The notes: generated by a model not told the origin, from the sequence alone. Shown: positions 49,340 to 63,409, counted from the first letter of the stretch. The stretch: DNA of 64,000 nucleotides from Mobula hypostoma (GCF_963921235.1 NC_086097.1:41728001-41792000), one strand, 5' to 3'. Numbers and translations are program-made.

Positions 49340-52300
49340 GGTGACTACAGGAAGGATTCATGCATTGAACTCCACTTCCACTTGCTGTGGAGGGCTGCGA
49401 GCAGCCGGTGTCACGCGAGAAGGAGCGTGAGCCCCTGGGTACCCAAGCAGAGAAAGTCGTTGGGAAAAATTAGAGGAGATCCAGTGAGGGAATGGCCTGA
49501 TGTTTCTGGAGGAGCAGGTTCCCAGCAATATATCAAGGAACCCCCCAAAGCTTAGTGGGGCCATACTCCAGTCTATTGCTATGGATAGAGGGTATTTATG
49601 CCAAAGCCAAACTCGACACCAGGTTGCAGGTCACATTGCTGTACCATTCGTTTTATAACCGGTATTTGACACATTTACCATTGACACCATTCGCTGCACT
49701 GGAGATCTGGGGTCTTCGTCTCAGTGCTGGTGATTATCTATATGATGGTTATTTGTCAGTGAAACTGGAGTTTCGGAGGCCGATGTGGGAGTGTCTGAGG
49801 TCCTTGAAACATGAGTGCTGGTTTGTCCGGACCCCATTGAGAAGGGCGACGTTTCAATCCTGGTGGGAACCAACACTCCTCTTGTGAGGATGCTCATGGG
49901 GGCCTACAAGGAGAAAGCTGGCGAGAGCTTTCCGGGAAAATTGTCCATCCACTCAGCGTTTCGAACTGCTTTTGAGGAAGTGCATGGCTGCATTGGGCTG
50001 GAAACTGAATTTAGACAAGGGACTGTGTGGTTCACCCAGTCAAAGCCAAAAGTGTTATGGCCTGGGGAAGTAGTGAGAGTGATGGGGCCCCCAAATTTCC
50101 CAGCATGCCAGAGGGCAAGGCCTCTTAGTGGACACTCTGGAAGACCACGAGGGGAAGTTGGGATTTCCTGCTGGGGTACTGGTGAGGCCCGAACTGCAGA
50201 AGCCCTTGGTTGTACAGGCGAGCAGGATGAATTGTCAGGAACACTAGGAAGAGGGAGGTCACCTTCAAGCGAGGAATGCCTCGGCACATCTGTTCCAGTG
50301 ACGGTAATGTCTAGTGTACCTTTGAGACAAGCCAGGGAGAAACTATTGGAAAAGGGGGGAAAGTTGACCGCTAAGTCATTCAACTTCAGGGACTCACTGG
50401 TTCCTGCGGGTTGGAAGAGGAGGCTGACAGAGAGAAGACAGCATTTATATGTCCCCAGGGATTCTCCCAGCTCGAAAGGATGCCCCAGGGCATATCGGGA
50501 GCCCCTGCAACCTTCCAGCAGGTCATGGAGAAGACAGTGGGGGATATGAACTTGCTTGATGTATTGGCGTATTTAGATGACCTCACAGTGTTTGGGTCCA
50601 CCTTGGCAGCACATGAAGTGAGGCTACTGAAGGTGCTGGGCCGCCTGAAAGCTGAAGGGTTAAAACTTTCCCTGGACAAGTGCCAGTTCTGCCAAACGTC
50701 TCTTAGCTATGTTGGGCACATAGTCTCACAGAGGGAGTAGCTACTGATCTGGATAAGATAGAGGTGGTGGCCTCCTAGCCAAGGCCCCAGACTGTGAGCG
50801 CTCTGCGCTCGTTCCTCGGGTTCTGTGGTTACTATCAGAGGCTCGTGAAGGGCTACACGAAAGTGAGTCACACGTTGAATCAATTTCGGTGTGGTTACCC
50901 TCCCTTGAGGAGGAAAGGGAGTGGGAAAAAAGAGAGGAGGGTAGAGAGTATCTTGGCCCATTGGAGCCCTTTGGACCGAGGTAGGATGCAAAATGTGAAG
51001 AGGCCTTTCAGTCGCTGAAGGAGCTGCTGACCCAGGCTTTTGCAGACCCCGGATTGTCGTATTTACTGCAAAAGGATGCCAGCTGAGAGGGTTTAAGGGG
51101 CGTCCTGTATCAGGATCGGGGCACTGGGTGGAAGCCCATTGTATTCGTCAGCCGGTGTCTGGTGCCCTCCAAGAAAATCTATTCTACACACAATTTGGAG
51201 TTTCTGGTGTTGAAATGGGCAGTGGTGGATAAGCTGAGTGACTACCTCTATCGTGCCAAGTTTGAGGTGAGGATGGACAACAATCCCCTAACTTATATCC
51301 TGACCTCGGCGAAACTGGATACCACAGACCATCAATGGTTGGTGGGATTGTCTGCCTATGATTTCAGCCTAAAGTACCGGCTGGGAAGTAGGAACATTGA
51401 TGCTGACGCTTTGTCCCAACATTTGCTTGAGGGGCTGGATAGGGACGAAGAGTGGGAGAGCGTTCCTGACCCTGGGAGTGAAAGCCATGTGCTAGTTTTC
51501 CATCACGATGAAGACAGACGGAAAGCAGGGGCTGGATCAGGCGGTAGGTAAATTGGGAGCTTCTGATGATGACATTCCACAGGTTTACTGTAACCTGACT
51601 ACTCTGAGGAGCCGAAACTGAGTTCTGGGGAAGTGGCAGATGCTCAGTGAGATAACCTGGGCATCAGTACCATTTGGTCAGTATTCGAAAAGGGGGACAT
51701 GGCTCAGGTAGAGAAGATGAAACACGCCACGGTGCCTCCATTACTGAGAGAATGGCCCAGGTTGAAGTTGCGGAACCAGATCTTATACCGGGTCACGTCA
51801 CCTCCGGACCGACCTTGGCGTTCCCAGCTGATTCTGCTGGAAAAGTATTGGAGGATTGTGTTGAAGTCACTTCGTGATGATTCTGGACATTTGGGTGTTG
51901 AAAAGACCTATGGATTGCTCAGAGACTTTTACTGGCCCTGAATGAAGCTGGAGGTCGAAGAATACTGCAAATTGTTCATTCAAAGCATACGACAGAAGGC
52001 ACTGCCTACGCGAGCAGCTCCCTTGTCCCACTTGCAGAGTACGGGGCCCCTGGACCTGGTTTGTATGGATTTCCTGTCAATAGAACCTGATGCCAGCAAC
52101 ACAGTGAATATCCTAGTCATCACGGACCACTACACCAGATATGCGTGGGCTTTCCCTACCAAGGACCAGAGGTGTCCACGGTGGCCAAGGTGTTATGGGA
52201 GAAGTATTTCATTTATTATCGCCTCCCCAGGTGGATACATAGTGATCAGGGACAGGATTTCAAGAGCAAGCTCATCCATGAGTTACTGGGCATGCTTGGA

Positions 52301-54200
52301 GTCGAGAAGCTGAGGACCATTCCCTATCATCCGCAGGGTGATCTCCAGCCTGAGAGGTTTAATCAGACCTTGCTAATCATGCTCGGGACCTTGGAGATCA
52401 GCAAGAAGAGCAGGTAGGATAAACATATTGGACATCTGGTCCACAGTTACAATTGTACCCAAAATGAAGCTACTGGGTATTCGCCATACTATCTGATGTT
52501 TGGACGCGGGGCAAGGTTGCCCATTGACCTTTGTTTGACGAGAGCGACTTACCACCGAAGACTTATCTGAACTATGTGTCTGATATGAGAAGGGGGCTGA
52601 AAAGGGCTTATGAACTAGCTGGGGTTGCGACTGCCAAGCAGAATCAAGGAAATAAGAGAAAGTATGAACAAGAGGTAAGGCTTTCCCAACTCCTGCCCAG
52701 AGACTGCGTCCTCATAAGGAATTTGGGGCTACTTGGGAAGCATAAGTTGGTTTACCGCTGGGCGGCTACACCCTACGTGGTGGAGAGTCAGATGCCAAAC
52801 CTACCAGTTTTCCGGGTGAAACCAGAGGATGGGAATGGGCCTGTCAAGGTTCTCCATCGGAAAGACTTGCTGCCCCGGAACAAGAGGTGCAAGTAGACCC
52901 AGAGCCCGACTTGGAGCCTACACTTAGGAAGAGGATTCTGCAATGACGCGAGGTGACTGCAGGACCAACAGCAGGAGAGGTTAGGCCGGTCCCTGCCACT
53001 GAGAGGGATACTGATTCAGAGGATGAGGACCTGGAGGTGTGGTATGTGCTGCCTTTTGCTAACTCCCCACTGATTGAGGAAGAGACTCCCAATAATTCTC
53101 CCACCAAGTCAGGTGAAATTGGGGGGGGCGGTGGTTGCAATCTGTGGACAGCCTGGGTTGCAGTGGGATCCTGCAAGGGATGAAGCGGGGCTTGGCCATG
53201 GGAACAGAGAGATCCGAGTTTCTAGTGGGCATGAGTGAGAGGCCAGGGGAGGCCTCGCCAAGTAGACCAGAAGTATCCCCAGTAGTGTCAGAACATGAAG
53301 AGGTAGGTGAGGGGTTACGGAGGTCTCACAGGTTCAGAACACCACCGGATAGGCTGGCCTATGTTGCACTGAGGGAACAGAGTGTGGCCCCTACTGCTTT
53401 GGGGAGCTATATCACTGCCTTTTACATCTGGGTTGGGCTTTGTGCTTTGCAGGAAGGGTTGGCAAATTATCTCAAAGTCATGAGGACATGACTAAATTTG
53501 GTGGGGAGAGAGTGTAACGCCCTGGGAAAGGGTTCACTGCTAATGTAATGGTTTCTCTATAGCTGCAGAGTTTGGGTTATGACCAGAGATAACGGGGGCT
53601 TTGGAATGTGCACTGGCCAATGAGGGGAGATGTTTTTCTTTCTTATGTGCCCGAGAGTAGGGAATTTGCAGGTTTTGGTTCAGTAGAAAATGGAGAGAGA
53701 AGATGCCAGAATGGGGAAGTCGCAGACTACAGGACTGAGCAGACTGGGAAGAGACACAACTCACTAAACCTAACAGTAGGTTTTTGGAACGTGAGAGAAG
53801 AACGGAGCACCTGGAGGAAACCCATGTGGTTATGCAGAGAACATACAGGTCTGAACTCGGTCTTGGACTTCGACGATGCCGGGGGAAATCAATGGAGAGC
53901 GACCAGACAGGAAAACAGTGAGCTCCAATGTGTGCATTGGACTGTTTTCATTAAAATGGGCCCTTTTTCTTTTTGTTTTCTTTACTAACCAAATTAGTCA
54001 ACTAGTCAAATTAAGAATTATAAAGCTCAATCGTTTAATTGCGTATTGTGTACTGTTTGATTGTCTGTTATTTCGTGGTACTGATTTGTAACAGGGGAAC
54101 ACATCACACAGCATCCACCCAAACAAGATTTCTCATGTTTGGCCAAGCCGGAGACTGACTTCCCCTAGATTAACACAGCTGGCCAAACCTGAGGGTCACA
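49340..54200 (+). mobile_element. Decayed Ty3/Gypsy LTR retrotransposon lacking the 5' LTR and most of gag
   Basis: Order protease (LDTRLQVT), RT (RMPQGISGAPATFQ..YLDD), RNase H (LEFLVLKWAV..DNNPL), integrase (GHLGVEKT, DHYTRYA, HSDQG, YHPQGD..ERFNQTL); PPT GGTGGGGAGAGAG. Confidence 0.92.
53513..54200 (+). repeat. 3' LTR of the Gypsy element, with a SINE fragment at ~53755-53850
   Basis: Starts TGTAAC directly after the PPT and ends GTCACA; the internal piece matches the SINE at ~55727-55820. Confidence 0.8.
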
Positions 54201-54304
54201 TAAAGAAAAGTGAATGATCTAGAGATTAACTTTATGCAACATTCTCGAGCTCCTAAAATAAATTAAAAATTATTTATCCAAATGGTAAATAAGATCTGCC
54301 ATTA

Positions 54305-54580
54305 GGCATCATGGTAGCGTAGTGGTTAAAACAACACTTCACAATACCAACAACCCGGCTTCACTTCCCGTTGCCGTCTGTAAGGAGTTTATTTGTTCTC
54401 ACTGTGACCGTGTAGGTTTCCGCTGGGTGCTCTGGTTTCCTCCCACATTCCACAGATGTACCAGTTTAGTAGTTGAATTGGTCATTGTAAATTGTCCTGT
54501 GACTAGGCCCTGGTTAAGTTGGGATTTGCTGGGCAGCACAGCTTGAAAAGCCAGAAGGGTATGTCTCAATAAATAAATAA
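54305..54580 (+). mobile_element. tRNA-derived V-SINE-like element
   Basis: A-box TAGCGTAGTGG, degenerate B-box, V-domain-like GGGTGCTCTGGTTTCCTCCCACA, (AATA)n tail. Confidence 0.8.
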
Positions 54581-55589
54581 GGATTGAATAATTGTTAGTA
54601 TGGGTTCTCTGGACAACGAATGCTTTATCCTTTGGGGTGTCAGGAGATGTAGTATACTATAAAATGACCTTCAGAGATGGTCACATGCCTGAAATTAATT
54701 TGCATATGTGCAGTCCATGAATGGCATTGGGATTTGATGCAGAGTCAGGAATTTGCAAAACATAGACGCCTGCTTCTGTGCCATTTATTTATTCAGTTAA
54801 TGACTGTTGATGGATTTCAACACCTGGATCCCCCTGCAAGTTTGTCTCCTTTGAGATGTTCTTTTACTTACAACCTCACAACCTAACTTTCCTTCAGACC
54901 TCACACCTTTCAATATGACCTAATTGCTTTCCATGGGGCCCCTTCCAAAAGCAACCAATTGAGAACCCAAAACCCCTAATAATGCTGATTCCTCACCTAC
55001 CCTAATTTCCTGAATTAGCCCACAAGGTCTAAGTTCACTGTTCCACCCTCAAACCATCGGGAGCCTTGAAGATCTGAGCCTACCTGCTCATTGCATCTCA
55101 CCTTATCCTGAGCCTTGTATTGCTGCCTTACCCAGACCTCCATAATATTTCTGAGTTCCTCTGGTAGCTGGAACATGGCCTCTGGTGGGCAAAAAGGCCT
55201 CTGTGTGCATTTACTTGTGCCTGGTTTTACTGTGACAGGCGTCTCAAGATTGTGCGTAATAAGATGTTGCAACAGCAGGCTGAGGCACAAAACATATGTC
55301 GGTCCTCCCAGGGCTGTCAGATTATTGTCCCTTTTGATGTGCAGAATAATTTCTAGGCCAATGCTTCTTAAAATAGTTGAAGGAATCTGGGCAGGAAATG
55401 TTGCTTGCCGATGTTAAATCAGGTAGCCTTGCAATAAAGTTCATTGAGTTGCAGAAAAAGTAAACTATTCATTGAAGTACATTATTCACTCCCAGAATTG
55501 GAGGACATTTGACCTATTTCAATGGGAAGCAGAATCCTACTGGAAAACCAAAGAATTGAACGGAATGCCAGTCATGCAGTTTGACCAGA

Positions 55590-55910
55590 TTAAAGGCCAG
55601 CTTTATCTGTCACATGTACTTCAAAAAATCCAGCGAAATGTGTTGTTCGCATCCAATCAAATCAGCGAGGATTGTGCTGTGCAGCCATCAAATGTTGCCA
55701 TGTTTCTGGGGCCACCATAGCGTGCCCACAACTCACTAAACCTAACAGTACGTCTTTGGAGTGTGGAAGGAGAACGGAGCACCCAGAGGAAACCCACGCG
55801 GTTACGCAAAGAACGTACAAGCTCCTTACAGACAGCAGTGGGATTTGAACCACCATCTTACAGTTGGTGCTGTAATAGCATTATGCTAACCGCCACCCTA
55901 CTGTGCCGCC
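55590..55910 (-). mobile_element. tRNA-derived V-SINE-like element
   Basis: Minus strand GGCGGCACAGTAG..GGTTCAAATCCC..GCGTGGGTTTCCTCTGGGTGCTCCG. Confidence 0.8.
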
Positions 55911-57345
55911 AATAGGGCTAAATTCAGGCTGCGCACAAAGACAGGATTGGATTCAGTTTGATTCATGAAGGGGTGGTTAGATAAAACTCCCTCCTGCAGA
56001 AGGTGTGAGCAAAAGGAACAAATGTAACATGCAATTGTTCTCATTTACACAATTAAGATAACATAACTGACATCAATTGCAATGTAATGTCATTTATCAT
56101 CAATACAAGCGCTCCTGAATGACATCTGAGTTAGTGTTTGCATTCAGTGTGTTGACACATCGATCTAAGTATGCAGCACCATCAGAATATTGCTGCTGGT
56201 AACCTTTCAGTATTCATCTTCAATGAAAAATAGATGAATATAACTGATTAAAAATTCATGTTTTATTTTGCCCATATTGTGTAATGAGCCAGCAAAGGAC
56301 GACTGTGATGGGAAATTGTAATCATACTGTTATTTGCAATTTTAAGCAATGTTAAGGTCAAAAAATAGCACTTTAATAATGAAGATCTGGGAGCTCCAAC
56401 CTCTTCTAATTCTCCAGTCACAATGCTCTATGCATATAAGAAATAAATGTGCGGGAGGGAAGAAGATTTTTAAACTCAGAGTTTGTTTTGCACCAGCCAG
56501 TATGCTGATTAGGGTGGGGTGGCGGCAGTGGTTAAATCAGCAAACAAATGTGGCTAATTCACAAACCCAATGCAAATCTGTTGGTTCTGGAAGTTAAGCA
56601 GAGTGGGCCAGGTAGCAGCCATGACCCTCTCCCTCCTCACCGTCTTCATCCTCGGGAGAGCTGGACCATCTATCTCAACCTGCCATTTGCCCACTGAGGG
56701 TGAGATTTGCACAGGTTCAACTTCAGGCACACAGGCTTTCAGAGCCCCATGGAACACAAGGTGAGTGCGCAGAGATTTCGGATGGGGCTGAGGAGTTGTC
56801 AGTCTCTCCTGGGGCAGCTATATGGTTGCTGAGGAGTGAAAATGACATGTTCACTTAAACCTTGGTAGATTTTAGGGAATGCTGTGAATTTTGTTGTTCA
56901 ATTTCAGCTTTCTTAGCCCCTTCCCACTGGTTTTCTGTGTAGGGCAGCCCAGAGTGAGAGAAGATTGGGGAACGACAGAAACTTTAACATTGACCCCCTG
57001 TTAAATGGAGTGGGAGATCCCAGTGACCAGTATCCCATGGATTGTCCTGGACATGTGCGGATTTCAGCCTGAGCACACCCAGGCTATGGTAGCAGGCGGT
57101 AGCATTTCTCTGGAAATTCCTGGAAGTTTCCTGTTAGTGAACTGTCTCTACTGGAGTAATTGGAGCCCTGGTTCTTCTGGAGTCTGAACATCTAGCAGAT
57201 GCCTTGTTCACTGAAGCAAACAATTATGTGATGAAACCTGTCAGAGTGAGTTGATGCTGGGGTTTGCAGTACTGGCAGCCTTCCTACAGATACAGGGGAC
57301 CATTGAACACATGCTTGCCCAGAGTGCAGCCAACCTCACGGCGAG

Positions 57346-58285
57346 GGCAACACACACAAAATGCTGGAGGAACTCAGCAGGCCAGGCAGCATCTGTGGAA
57401 AAGAGTACTGTCAACGTTTCGGGCCGAGATCCTTCCGCTGGACTGGAGGGCTGGAGGGAAAAAGCTGAATAGGGAGGGGAGAGAGAACCACCAGGTGATA
57501 GGTGAAACCTGGATGGAGAGGGATGAAGTAAAGAGCTGGGAAGTTGATTGGTGAGTTGAGGTGAGAGAGGGAAAAGGGGATGGGAAAAGGAGAAGGGGTG
57601 GGGGGCATTATTGGAAGTTTGAGAAATTGATGTTCATGCCATCGGGTTGGATGCTACCCAAATGAAATATAAGATGTTGTTCTTCCAACCTAAGTGTAGC
57701 CTCATCACTACAATGGAGGAGGCCACAGATGGACATATTGGAATGGGAATGGGAAGTGAAATTAAATGGGTGGCCACTGGGAGATCCCGCATGTTCTGGT
57801 GAATGGCGTGCAGATGCTCGGCGAAGCAATCTCTCAATCGACGTCAGGTCTCACCGATGTACGGAAGACCCCACCAGGAACACTGAACACAGTAAATAAC
57901 CCCAACAGACTCATCTCACCTGGAATGACTATTGGGGGCCTGAATGGTAGTGAGGGAGGAAGTGTAGGGGCAGGTGTAGTACTCATTCCGCTTGCAAGGA
58001 TAAGTGCTAGGAGGGAGATCAGTGGGTAGGGACAAATGGACAAGGGAGTTGCAGAGGGTGCGATCCCTGCGGAAAGCAGAAAGTTGGGGGGAGGGAAAGA
58101 TGTGCTTGGTGGTGGGATCCTGTTGGACATGGCCGATGTTTCGGGGAATGATGTGCTGGACGCGGAGGCTGGTGAGGTGGTAGGTGAAGTCAAGGGGAAT
58201 CCTATCCTTGGTAGAGTGGCTGGAGGATTGGGTAAGAGCAGATGTGCATGAAATGGAAGAGATGCGATTGAGGGCAGCGTTGACA
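57346..58285 (-). mobile_element. Penelope-like element 3' part (GIY-YIG plus terminal repeat)
   Basis: GVIYCVQCSWWGLPYIGET at ~57847-57903; DCFAEHL..LPVATH and LEEQHLIFHLGSIQPDGMNINF (ORFs 57608-57837); decayed hammerhead at 57408-57445. Confidence 0.88.
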
Positions 58286-59204
58286 GCGTCATGCAGAGGG
58301 CTTCATTTCATTGACATTATTTCTAGAGATCTCAGTGTGAAGAAATCCAGATACGGTATATTGCAGAATTCATCACTCCCTCTATTGGATTTAAGGTCCG
58401 ATTTCTAAGGGTCATGTTCTTATTCTCCAGTCCTGATCCGAAGCAGTGAGAGATGGACACGTTATCACAAAGCCGATTTGTAGAGTGGGAAGTGCTTGTC
58501 AACTCCAGAGCTCCTCTTCAAAATGCACAGTCTGGGTGTGAAGAATGACTGTGGTCCAAGGAGGATGAAAAGGAGGCAGGTTTAGGAGTAAAAAAGATTA
58601 ATTGAGCTTCTTAGGTTGCAGCTGCATTGGCTGCACCTGTCGTGAGGCACCCACCATTGCATTCCAATGAGATCATTGCTGTCTGCTGCATGCAGATCAC
58701 CTTGCCAGTCAAAGGCAGCAAGTGCTGCACCAGGTGGAGGAGTAAGGTGACCTGAAGCCCAAGGGGCTCCATTTGCGCCCCAGAGGGGTAAAGGAAGAAT
58801 AAAGAAAGTGACAGGGGGGCTGTCCCTGCTCAGCTTCCACAGCCTCTTCCCCAGGTGAGTAGACGAGTCAGGAATTGCCTGGGACACAAGGGACACTCTG
58901 AAAGAGAGGTAATTTTCTTAAGGAGCCTTAAAAATTGCAATCCCCATGCAAACCTTCTCCATACCACGGTCTTTAACATCATCACAGTACGAGAGTCTGG
59001 ATGGTGTTATAAGATCACCATGCATCCTGCTGTGAACATCCACCTGTACTGAATGTTACATGTGATTCTTTGATCCTCTAACGGTAATGGATTAATACAG
59101 ATTCTCTGTACTTCCTGATAAGGGGCACTGATTTTTGACCCATGTAGTAAAAGCCCTTTCCAAAGATCAACTGCACTCCGCAGATCCAAACATTGGTTGA
59201 GAAA

Positions 59205-60962
59205 GAAACATAGAATCACAGAAAACCTACAGCACAATACAAGCCCTTCGGCCCACAAAGATGTGCCGAACATGTCCTCACCTGAGAAATTACCTAGGGC
59301 TACCCATAGCCCTCTATTTTTTATGGGTTACGCATAGCCCTCTATAGCTCCATATACTTATCCAGGAGTCTCTTAAAAGACCCTTTCGTATCCGTCTCCA
59401 TCAGCATCACCAGCAGTCCATTCCACACACTCACCACTCTCTGTGTAAAAAACTGATATCTACTCTGTACCTACCTCCAAGCACCTTAAAACTGTGCTCT
59501 CTCGTGCTAGACATTTCAGCCCTGGGGAAAATCCTCTGACTATCCACACGATCAATGCCTCTCATTATCTTGTACACCTCTATCAGGTCACCTCTCATCC
59601 TCCATCACTCCAAGGAGAAAAGACCAAGTTCACTCAACCTATTCTCATAAAGCATGCCCCCCAATCCAAGCAAGATCCTTGTAAATCTCCTCTGCACCTT
59701 TTCTATGGTTTCCACATCCTTCCTGTAGTGAGGCGACCAGTACTGAGCAAAGTACTCCAAGTGGGGTCTGACCAGGGTCCTATATATCTGCAACATTACC
59801 TCTCAGCTCTTAAACTCAATCACATGGTTGATGAAGGCCAATGCACCGTATGCCTTCTTAACCACAGAGTCAACCTGCGCAGCTGCTTTGAGTGTCAATA
59901 GACAATAGACAACAGACAATAGGTGCAGGAGTAGCCCATTCGGCCCTTCGAGCCAGCACCGCCAACCTATGGACTCGGACCACAAGTTCCCTCTGATCCT
60001 CAACACTGCCATTAATACTGTATTCTGTCATAATATTTGACCTACCAAAATGAACCCCCTCATAATTACCAGGGTTGAACTCCATCTGCCACCTCTCAGG
60101 CCATTTTTGCATCCTATCTATGTCTCGCTGTAACCTCTGACAGCCCTCCACACTATTCACAACACCTCCAATCTTTGCGTCATCAGCAAATTTACTAACC
60201 CATCCCTCCACTTCTTCATCCAGGTCATTTATAAAAATCACAATGAGTAGGGGTCCCAGAACAGATCCCCGGGGCGCACCATTGGTCACCAACCTCCATG
60301 CAGAATATGACCCGTCTACAACCACTCTTTGCCTTCTGTGAGCAGGCCAGTTCTGGATCCACAAAGCAATTTCCCCTTGGATTCCATGCCTCCTTACTTG
60401 CTCAATAATCCTTGCATGGGGTACCTTATCAAATGCCTTGCTGCAATCCATATACACTACACCTATGGCTCTATCTTCATCAATATGTTTAGTCATATCC
60501 TCAAAAAATTCAATCAGGCTCATACGGCATGACCTGCCTTTGACAAAGCCATGCTGACCATTCCTAATCATATTATGCCTCTCCAAATGTTCATATATCC
60601 TGCCTTTCAGGATCTTTTCCATCAGCTTACCAACCACTGAAGTAAGATTCACTGGTCTATAATTTCCTGGGCTATCTCTACTCCCTATCTTGAATAAGGG
60701 ACCAACATCTGCAACCCTCCAATCCTCTGAAACCTGTCTCGTCACCATTGATGATGTAAAGATCATTGCCAGAGGCTCAGCAATCTCCTCCCTCGCCTTC
60801 CACAGCAGCCTGGGGTACATCTCGTCCGGTCCCGGTGACTTATCCAACTTGATGCTTTCCAAAAGCTCCAGCACGTCTTCTTTCTTCTTAATATCTACAT
60901 GCTCAAGTTTTTCAGTCCATTCTAAGTCATCCCTGCAATCGTCAAGATCCTTTTCTGTAAAT
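59205..60962 (-). mobile_element. 5'-truncated CR1 (RT and 3' end) with a nested ~70-bp CR1 tail at ~59897-59965
   Basis: ORF 59870-60988 KSPGPDE..DCSKAFDKVPH..KFADD; LVRPHLEY (59605-59796). Confidence 0.92.
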
Positions 60963-61857
60963 CTTGAACCCTTTGGACTTCTGCCCAAACATCAAACGGT
61001 ATCCAGTCTGCATCGTGGCCACAGCAGTAAGAGTAGAGCGCTTAACAACATACTGAGATTATTAGATATCATTTGGTAGGGAGATGCACTGAGAGGCAAT
61101 GAAATGCAGTCATTAAATGATGAGAAGTCCTTTGGGAGATTCCAGATGAGATTCATTTTAAGTCATTATAACAATTGACTGTTTGAAGCTACACAAATGG
61201 AGCATGTCTGATGAAATATCAGTGGTAGAAGCATTACATTTCACTTATTTTGCAACAACTGGATCTGATCAATGTAGTGTGATGCCCTCCTGTACAAGCT
61301 ATCACTTCTCACTGACATTCTTTCACTCAATCCTCTTATCTACAATGCATGCATGAATTGAGGGACTCTCAATGAAGACGAAGAGCAGATGTTGCATCTC
61401 AGCATGTGTCCTCCCTCATATTTCATTCTGACACCTAGGAACCCTTTCTCAGAAATGATGGTGATGTGTATTGCAAAAAGAATACAAGCAGGGGATAACA
61501 ATTTTAACATGATAATCAACTTCGAACTGGGGCTCACACTCATTTCCAGAAGAACATGGGCATGGAAACTATGGCATGAGAACAAATGCATTTCATAATC
61601 ATGTCATAATCATCTCATCTCAGCAACTGATGTAAAGTCAGAAATAAGCTGAAGAGTGTGTAAGCAGTCAGTTCTTTACAAATTAGCCAGCTGAAGGAAG
61701 GTGTGTTTCATTCTGATAATTTTCAGAGATTATATTATTGCTATGCAGAATAGAAATTCCGTGGAGTTTCTGGGGGCAAATGATATGGCATGAGGAGGTG
61801 CAACCAAAGTTTTTTTTGCTTTTCCCAATGTTACAGCAGACAATCAGGAGACCCCAG

Positions 61858-61980
61858 ACAAACAAGAGATAATCTGCAGATGTTGGAAATCCGAGCAGAA
61901 CACACAAAATGCTGGAGGAACTCAGCAGGCCAGGCAGCATCTAGGAAAAGAGTACAGTCGACGTTTTGGGCTGAAACCCA
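61858..61980 (-). repeat. Solo Penelope-like terminal repeat, truncated within the hammerhead
   Basis: TCTGCAGATGTTGGAAATCC..AAAATGCTGGAGGAACTCAGCAGGCCAGGCAGCATCT..CAGTCGACGTTTTGGGCTG. Confidence 0.85.
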
Positions 61981-63409
61981 CATTCAGTTCCTGTGCATTT
62001 TACAATTGCTGCCATGCAGATAAATGAACCACATTCACCTGTGTACTCCTTTGTGCCTCTTGGTGTCAGAGCACTCTACAAAGATTATTTTAGTTAGTTT
62101 GTGTAGCATGTCTGATGATCATAAAATTCAATTAACTGACCCCTAGAATCCATTTCAAATCGGAAATGCACGTTCTTTTGGATGCAGGAACAGCTAGTTA
62201 TCCTGTTTTGTTGTGAAGTGCTCTGATTCAGAGCTGTTTTCAGCCATTATCATGCTCTCATCTTTACTACATACTCTATTTATTACTGTGACTGTTTGGA
62301 CAGAGACTGGTGTCAGCTTTTCAGCTCAGCTCTTCACTACATCACTGGAATAATCACTTCTTATTTATAGTTTCAGTAATACAAAAAGGCAGCTCATTTG
62401 TCAATGCTGCTATATAGTTATGAACATGCACATTTTTTTAGTAAATAGGAAGAAGATTCAAAAAGCACTACTATTCACTGGAAGTCAAGAAGAGAAATGA
62501 GGGTCACATAAACGTGTCTAACGGTTGTCCTACATGCTTCAAAGTATAATATCTGATCTTGGCCATTATTTGCATTAGAAAGGAAAATGCAATTCAATTC
62601 AAGTTGTGCAGGTGCTGTATGCTATTTGATAACCTGACCTTCATTTCAGTCTTGAAATAGTATTGTAATTGCGCAGAGAACAGAAATGAAAGGAAGTGTG
62701 CTGGCTGCATTTAATAGCATCACCTGCATTAGTGAATCAATATATCTTTAAAAAGATGGCACCCTCACCCCATTTGTCACTCTCCTGAGTTTGTTGTACT
62801 TAACAAATGTCAGCGATAAGCAATATTCCTTTTTCTGGTGCACAGATCCTTTCATAGTGCTCTGGGTAATTGCCAGGAATCCCATAGCACAAACACACAT
62901 TGAATATGACAAGTGACAGTGATCTGATAACATTATTTCACAAAACAAAATGCACAGCTTCTTCATTGTTCCTCTGCCCCACTCTGGGGTTGTTTGTTGA
63001 ACTGAAGCATTGCAGTCGAGACAACGGAAACAAGAACTGGACCTGGCCTTTAACTTGAGGTTGGACAGAACTCCTTGAAGCCCACACTTGACAATGTTAA
63101 TGAGCAAGGAATGACAAAAAGCATATTCTTTAACTGCATTTCAGACACTTATCCAAACTAGAATAGCTATAGCAATCTCTGGTACTGTTGCTGCAGTTGA
63201 AATACCACGAGCTTCTCTAAGTCATTGAATGTGTTTGGTTGGACATGCGTTGCCAGTTTGCCTATTCTTGTTTGGTCAGATCTTTGAAGTGCCTCCATAA
63301 TACTATTCTAGATGTGCAGATTCAGCCACTCAGACACCCTACAATGATAAGGAGGTAAGTGATTAGTGCAAGACACCAGTGGCTCACAGTACTTACATGG
63401 AGCCTAGTT

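Noticed and set aside
54305..54380. tRNA gene
   Set aside because: Degenerate boxes and no clean cloverleaf; continues into a SINE body
58820..58862. Donor site CAG|GTGAGT as an exon end
   Set aside because: No supportable upstream exon or reading frame
61115..61215. C/D box snoRNA (ATGATGA..CTGA)
   Set aside because: Terminal stem is negligible and no antisense guide was recognisable; the motifs are common by chance
62748..63107. 119-aa minus-strand ORF
   Set aside because: No recognisable homology or exon signals
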